From assembly GCA_964016885.1 (NCBI GenBank), contig OZ024740.1, forward strand, positions 439,518,001 to 439,582,000: a stretch of 64,000 bases of DNA, read 5' to 3'. The stretch's first letter is position 1. Each line of letters begins with the position of its first letter. This document shows, piece after piece, positions 57,751 to 64,000 of this stretch. The position numbers and the translations under genes were made by a program. The notes under the pieces are model-generated. The model was not told where the DNA came from. It searched no databases and worked only from the letters and a program-made list of their open reading frames with translations. The stretch comes from Eledone cirrhosa (lineage: Eukaryota).

Positions 57751-60700
57751 TTATATTGACAGAATCTTCCTTAGTATATGGGCAGTTCCCATTAGTACTA
57801 TCTTTTGTATTTCTCCTATACGCTGGTTTCCTGGGATTTGCGATAAGTAATCATTAGACCCCTTAGGTATCATTCCTAGAGCGCCCACAACGACTGGTAT
57901 TGTTTTAGTTCTCAATTTCCACATTTTTCCCATTTCTATCTCCAGGTCCTTATACTTGCTCAATTTTTCAAATGTTTTTATAGATACATTCTTGTCTATT
58001 GGAACGGAGATATCAATTAGCAGGCATACCCTCTTTTTAAAGTCCTTCAGTATTAAATCAGGTCTATTTGCATCTATTTTTCGGTCTGTTTGGATGCTAA
58101 AGTTCCACAAGATTGCGATGTGATCTTTTTCAAGTATGGGAGGTGGTTGATGCCCTCACCAATTCTTTTGATGGGGCAGGTCAAAATGCTTAGACATTAT
58201 CCAATGTATGTATTGTGCAGCTCTGTCATGCCTGTTTAGGTATTCGGTTGGAGCTATAGGACTGCACATTGAAATTATATGGTCAATGGTCTCTGGTTGT
58301 TTTTTACATACACGGCATAATGGGCTGCATCCATTTTTTATTATGTTGGCTTGGTAATTTTTTGTTGGCAGACACTGATCTTGTGCTGATATAATCAGTC
58401 CTTCAATCTCCGATTTCAGTCCAGAGGATGCCAACCACTGATGGGTTAAAGTTTTGTCAACATCAGGATTGTTAGCTCGTTCTGGGTATTTTCCATACAG
58501 AGGCTTTTCTTGCCATTTCTTAGCCAGTTTCTGTAGCAGTTCTTTCTTTGCAGTTACTTTTACCTGCTTTGCTTTTTCTGTGTTTTCCATTTCAGCAGTA
58601 AATGGGACTTCTGAAATTTGTAGTCCATTACTGTATCTTTGTGCATCTTTTGTAATGGAGTATGATCTTTTGACGCTTTCGTGTTTCAAAACGAATTTGA
58701 TCATCCAATCATGTGATTCCCTTAGATATGTAGATAATCCAATTGTTGCAGTTTTCAACGCAATGTCTAACTGGATTAACCCACGTCCTCCTTCTTTCCT
58801 AGGGAGATATATTATATCTGTATCTGCCTTAGGGTGATGCATTCCGTGCATGGTTAAGGATTTTCTAATTTTTGTATCGAGCCTACGGATCTCTGTGCTT
58901 GACCAGTTGATGACATTGTAACTGTAGGTTACTACTGGTATGGCAAGCGTGTTTATGGCATCGATCCTATTCCTTGCATTCAATTCCGTTCTTAAGATTG
59001 CTCTTACTCTGCGGTAACATTCCTTCCTTATCCTTTCCCCCGTTGTCGAGTGCTTGATACCGTCTCCTTCATAAACACTTAGATATTTGTAAGTTTCCTC
59101 TTGATCAAGTTCTCTTATCACATTCCCCCGATCAAGATTAATGTCTTAATTCTTCAACAGCTTTCCTCTGGTGAACGTTGCTTTGGCGCATTTATCTAGT
59201 CCCAACTCCATTTTAATGTCATCATTGAACTGCTCCACAGTGGATAATAGCCCTTGCAATTGTTCATCATTTTTTGCAAATAGTTTCAGGTCATCCATGT
59301 AGAACAAGTGATTAATGGTTTTATCATAGACTTTATATCCATGCTTTGTTTCATTGAGCATTTTACTTACTGGTATAAGTGCGATGCAGAATAAAAGCGG
59401 TGATAAAGAGTCACCCTGAAAAATTCCACAATTAATATTAACTTCTCCAGCTTCCAGTGATTTTGTTTCACTAATCAAAAGGAGTGTCGTTTTCCATGTC
59501 TTCATACTGAATGACAAAAACCCCCTGACAACGGGAGATATTTTGAAAATCTCTAAACATTTTCAATCCAACTGTGTGGCAAACTATCGAATGCTTTTTT
59601 TATAATCTATCCAAGCAATTGATAGATTTTTGTGTCTATTATTACAATCTTCCAGTATCATTTTGTTAACCAAAAGCTCATCCCTACAGCCATATGAGCC
59701 TCGTTTACACCCTTTCTGCTCAATGTGAAATAGGTCATTTGTTATCAGGTGGTCATATGTATATTCAGTTAGGACTGATGTTAACATTTTATACATTGTG
59801 GTCAAGCAAGTTATCGGTCTGTAATTTTTGGGATTGTTTGTCTCATCATTCTTCGGAAGCAGGAATGTAATGCCGTTAACTAGCCATGATGGTATCTTTT
59901 CTGGCTCCTTAACTATTTCATTGTAAAGTTGGGCTAACAGCTCATGAAACTCTGTGAAGGCATTTATCCAAAAATTTTGTATTTTGTCTTTTCCTGGGGA
60001 TTTCCATTTGCTGGTTTTTCTTAGAGCCAAACGCAACTGTTCAACTGTTATATTTTCCCATATTTGTTCCTCAAGGTGAGCTGGATCTTTCATTTGTCTG
60101 TCTATCCATGGGGCATGTATATTATGAATTTTTTCTTCGGCCCAGATCTTTTCCCAGAATTCTTGCACTCCCTCCTTGGGTGGTATTGATTTAGCAGTTA
60201 TTGTTGACTTACCAATTTTTCTGTAGAAGATTCTTTGGTTGTTTTAGAACATATTATTGTCCTTATAGAATCTAGATCGTTTTTCAAAGCGCCTTATACG
60301 AGCAGCTTTGGCCGACACTTTTTGCTTGATTATTTCTATCAGCATGTCTATGTCACCTGTTGGTTTTATACTGTACTTTCTTTTCAATTTTCTAAGTTTA
60401 GTTTGTTTAACATGTTCACCTAGTTTATAGTTTGTTCAAATTTCTATGTCAGATCGGAGAAGGTTTATTTGGCGATTGATGTTCTCTTGCCAAGTAGATT
60501 TTTTGTGGGAATTCCTTTGTTTTTTCATCTTCACTCCACATAAGTGAGTGGTGACTTTAGCCGATGCATAATAGAGATGATTTAAATAAGTAATGTTTAG
60601 TTTGTTTGTAATGATAATGTTTTTGAGAATTATGTTAGTCTTGTGTATTATCTTTTGGTTCTGTTTGGAGTTCTGGATGCTAGGGAGGGTGTCTCGTTGC

Positions 60701-61367
60701 CCCATGTCAGATTCTTTCATTTTCATCCATTCGATCATAATTTTATCCTTCAAGTTGGCAACGATCTCATTGTTTTCATTTGGATTTTCATCTTGAGCAT
60801 GCACTCCCTCCACTTTTTCGATCATTTCTTTAATTTGTTCTATTGTCAGTGATTCCGCCTCAACCCTGGGATTCGAAGTGTTACAATTTACCTCGTTTTC
60901 ACTGACACTTGTTTCATTTTACCTTCGCTGACTTTGTGCTAATACCTTGATCTGATCAATTTCTATATCAGTTAGTAACTTTTTTTTTGCAATATTTATT
61001 CGTTGGCTAGTTTGTTACTGTCAATATAGCCTCTGTTTTCGGGATGTTTCTTTTTCCAGTTGATATATGTCTGTTCTGTATTCGATGTATTTGATGGGTA
61101 GTACATGGCAGTGTAGAAAGCCTCAAGGACTTCTTTATTATCTTCCCTGGAAAAATCTTCTCTCTTTTTCTTTGGATTTCTTGGTGGTGAGCATGGAGGG
61201 CCAACAGTAGGATTATTCCGGTTATGGGAGGTCTCCAGCTCCGAAGTGATGGGAACGTTTGAACCATTAGCTGATTTTTCGACCCCAGTCTGGTTCCTCT
61301 CTGAGGGACGCGGCTCTTTTTTACCCGGGTGACGGCCGATCCGGTATGAAATTTTATCATTAGACAT
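57751..61367 (-). pseudogene. Disrupted RT-RLE polyprotein
   Basis: KSPGKD, NYRPITCL, AWIDYKK, GIFQGDSLSPLLF, HLFYMDDLKLF (RT); CRVCKKQPETIDHIISMC (zinc knuckle); RHD, NRPDL...IDISVP...EKLSKYKDL (RLE). Split over at least 6 ORFs. Confidence 0.92.
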
Positions 61368-61430
61368 TTACTTTATTTTGTCGCGTTTTATCCTTATCCG
61401 CTAAGGGGTAGTCTTCGTGTTACCACTTCT

Positions 61431-61518
61431 AGAACGAATGTCAACCAAGACTAGAGGGGTCGTTCTCCCCTAGAGACACGGCTATCCCCGCCGGCCGCCA
61501 TCCCGGTATTTCTTGGTC
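61431..61518 (-). ncRNA. Candidate HDV-like self-cleaving ribozyme in the 5' UTR of the R4/Dong-like element
   Basis: Minus-strand order GACCAA(P1)...AGAAC(P2)-GAC(P3)-CCCTCTA-GTC(P3')-TTGGTT(P1', G.U at position 1)-GACATTC-GTTCT(P2'). No P4. A competing ctagggg/cccctctag hairpin exists. Confidence 0.35.
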
Positions 61519-61633
61519 ATGGGGTTTTCTTTTTTGTTTTTTTTTAAATTGTTATTATCATGAGTGGTTCCTTAATGTGGGCATTGCGTGGCTTAAGAAT
61601 GAAATTATTAATAATAATAACTGTCTCCACTCC

Positions 61634-61666
61634 AGGCACAAGGCCAGCAATCACCCAGTGCATTAC
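61634..61666 (-). mobile_element. 3' fragment of the tRNA-derived SINE
   Basis: aggcacaaggccagcaatcacccagtgcattac matches 45575-45607. Confidence 0.7.
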
Positions 61667-62084
61667 AATAATATAATATACTTTTTGCTGAAGTTGCCTG
61701 TTATTGTTGTTGGCTATGTCGGTGGTGGTGCTGGGGCTTTTTATATTGTTGCTGAGGAAGGGGGGAGCCAGCAGTGCCATAGTTGTTGACGTTTGGCCGG
61801 TGGCCAGGTCACTAAGTCAATCTATTTATATCTTTTGCTAGCCTCTCCCTTATCTAGTGATACCGCCACCTTCCCCTTTCTTAAGTTAACAGGGGAATAG
61901 TGGTGGTAGCAATGAAGGAGTGGTGGCGGCGGTGATGGGGTAGTGGTAGCAATGATGGATGGAGTGGTGGCGGCGGTGGCAAATAAATTCACAGTGTGCA
62001 TTGGTAAGCCAGTTAATACAGCACATTGATTATAAATTTAAAAAAAAAACAGTATACATATATACACATGTGCATATGTAAATA

Positions 62085-64000
62085 CAAGGAGGGATATCAA
62101 TCTTACAGAGATAGTGCTCTTCTCAATACGTGTGCAGTACCAGTCAAAACAATTTTTTGCCCCTCGCAAATATTGTTCTGTTCCTTTCTTGATCATACCC
62201 AGACCTCCCACAATCACTGGTATTGTAACGGCCTTGAGGTGCCACATTTTCTCAATTTCAATAAGCAGATCTTTATATTTTCGTAGCTTGTCAAATTCTT
62301 TTGCCGCGATATTGTGATCACATGGGATGCTCATATCTATCAACAAACAGACCTTGTTATGTTGATCATTTACAATGATGTCAGGTCTATTTGCTTTTAT
62401 GGTCCTGTCAGTATGTACAGGAAAGTCCCAGAGAATTGTTACTTTTTCTCCTTCAGTTACACCCTCAGGGTGATGATTGTACCACTTGTCTTCAGCTTTG
62501 ATTTTGTAACGCCGACATATTACCCAGTGTAGATAATGGCCAACTCTGTCATGTCTATATTTGTATTCTACTGGTGCTAAAACTTTACATCCAGAGACTA
62601 AGTGATCCACTGTTTCAATCCCAGCATTGCAGAATCGGCACTTTGGGTTTATTCCATCACATTGACCTGGTAATTACGAGTCAATAAGCTTTGATCTTGG
62701 GCAGCTAAGATGAAGCCTTCACTCGCCGTCTTTAGCCCTGAACTACGTAGCCACTGATGGGTGTGCTTTTGGTCAACATCAGCTTGTTTGCTATGGGCCA
62801 CATATTTGCCATGCAGAGGTTTCTGCTCCCAATTTGATGCTAATTGTCCTTGCCCTTTTGCTTTTGCCGGTGATTTTAGGTGCATAGCAGCATCAGTTAC
62901 AGCAGTTTCTTTAGTCTGTCCAACCTGGGTATCAAGCATGAGATCAGTAGCATATTTTTTGCTCTCCTTCAAGATAGAATGAAGCTTCTTACTTCTCTCA
63001 TGCTTTTCAACAGTCGTTAGTTGTTTCAAGTTATTTGGCCAGTCCAATGATGGTGGTCTTGTAAGCAAGTTCAAATTGGATCAGGCCACGGCTTCCTTGA
63101 GTTCTAGGAAGGTAAAGACGATCCACATCTGCTTTTGGGTGGTGCATCCTATTACAGGTCAGTAGCTTACGGACTTTGGTGTCGATTCTTTTGATTTCAC
63201 TCATATTCCAGTTCAACACACCGAAGCTATAAGTGACAACTGGGATTGCCAAGGAATTTATGGCTAGCACCTTGTTACGAGCGTTTAGTTCTGATCTCAG
63301 AACTGCACGTACTCTCCTGTAACATTCTTTCCTTATCCTCTCTTTCATATTTGCATGCTGTATGCCAGATCCCACATTAATCCCTAAGTATTTATAGGTT
63401 TGTTCCTGCTGAAGTTCCTTTATGATTGTTTCAGCATCCAATTCAACTGAGTCTGAGTTGACAAGCTTCCCCTTCTTGAAAGTGGCTTTTGCACACTTGT
63501 CAAGTCTAAACTCCATCCTGATGTCATCGCTAAATGTTTTTACTGTCCGCAAAAGACCTCCAATTCGTCATTATCTTTGCAATATAGCTTCAAATCATCC
63601 ATATAAAATAGGTGGCTTATTTTTTTGTTGTCAATTCTATAACCGTACCCTGTTCTATTAAGTTCGGATGTAAGGGGTATTAAAGCTATGCAGAAAAGCT
63701 AGGGTGAAAGTGAGTCACTTTGGAATATTCCACAGTTGATGTTTATATTCCTAGAGCACAGTACCCCAGTGGAATGAGACAATTGGAGATTTGTGTTCCA
63801 TAATGGCATATTGTGTTTCAGGAAATTTGAGATCACAGATGAGATTTTGAAGATGTCTAGTGATTTCAGAATCCATGAGTGTGGTATGCTGTCAAAGGCT
63901 TTTTTATAATCAATCCATGCAGAACTGAGATTTCTGTGTTCATTATGACAGTTCTCAAGGATCATACGATTAATCAAAAGTTGATCTTTGCAAACATATG
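62085..64000 (-). mobile_element. R4/Dong-like non-LTR retrotransposon (family C), frameshifted, continues past window end
   Basis: ORF fragments with AWIDYKKAFDS, GIFQSDSLSP, MHHPKADVDRLYLPR, RHDRVG, NRPDII...IDMSIP...KLRKYKDL. The true C-terminus QKIVLTGTAHVLRRALSL* is in another frame, with its stop at 62103-62105. Confidence 0.9.

Larger units (their letters stand above)
57545..61525 (-). mobile_element. Near full-length (about 4 kb) R4/Dong-like non-LTR retrotransposon (family B), frameshifted, ending in (TAA)n
   Basis: Consecutive minus-strand ORF fragments 61367-57751 give an N-terminal region, RT, a CCHC knuckle and RLE. Structured GC-rich 5' UTR at ~61380-61525. 3' UTR 57607-57750 abuts (TTA)n at 57545-57606. 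Confidence 0.9.

Noticed and set aside
57751-61367. Active retrotransposon, or a prokaryotic retron/group II intron/DGR RT
   Set aside because: Multiple frameshifts and stops (some may be homopolymer sequencing errors). The YMDD RT, CCHC knuckle and RLE architecture is that of eukaryotic R4/Dong non-LTR elements.
56913-63661. Plus-strand ORFs over the retrotransposons
   Set aside because: Antisense shadows of RT/RLE coding sequence or poly-Leu/Ile from (TTA)n.

Overview
AT-rich, repeat-dominated eukaryotic DNA with no supportable host gene, rRNA, tRNA gene or CRISPR array. The SINE family resembles octopus/cephalopod tRNA-derived SINEs; this is my recollection, not a search result. Bases 1-41320 are a 16-bp satellite (consensus GATGATATAGACAACA) with nested higher-order structure and one precise non-autonomous Helitron insertion (11545-12492). 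The hundreds of minus-strand 'ISSVVYIICCLYHLLS' ORFs are a reading artefact of this repeat. Bases 41.3-51.8 kb hold (TA)n microsatellites, a cluster of short fold-back (palindromic) insertions, several with hammerhead-ribozyme-like cores (Penelope-like remnants?), a second Helitron copy, tRNA-derived SINEs, a CRE-like retrotransposon tail and a 28-bp minisatellite. A 26-bp satellite spans 51.8-55.3 kb. Bases 55.7-64 kb carry co-oriented minus-strand RLE-type non-LTR retrotransposons: one decayed CRE-like element and three distinct R4/Dong-like elements. The most complete of these has a candidate HDV-like ribozyme in its 5' UTR. I cannot demonstrate a wholly new system. The best leads are the ribozyme-like fold-back cluster, the P4-less HDV-like fold and the satellite hierarchy.
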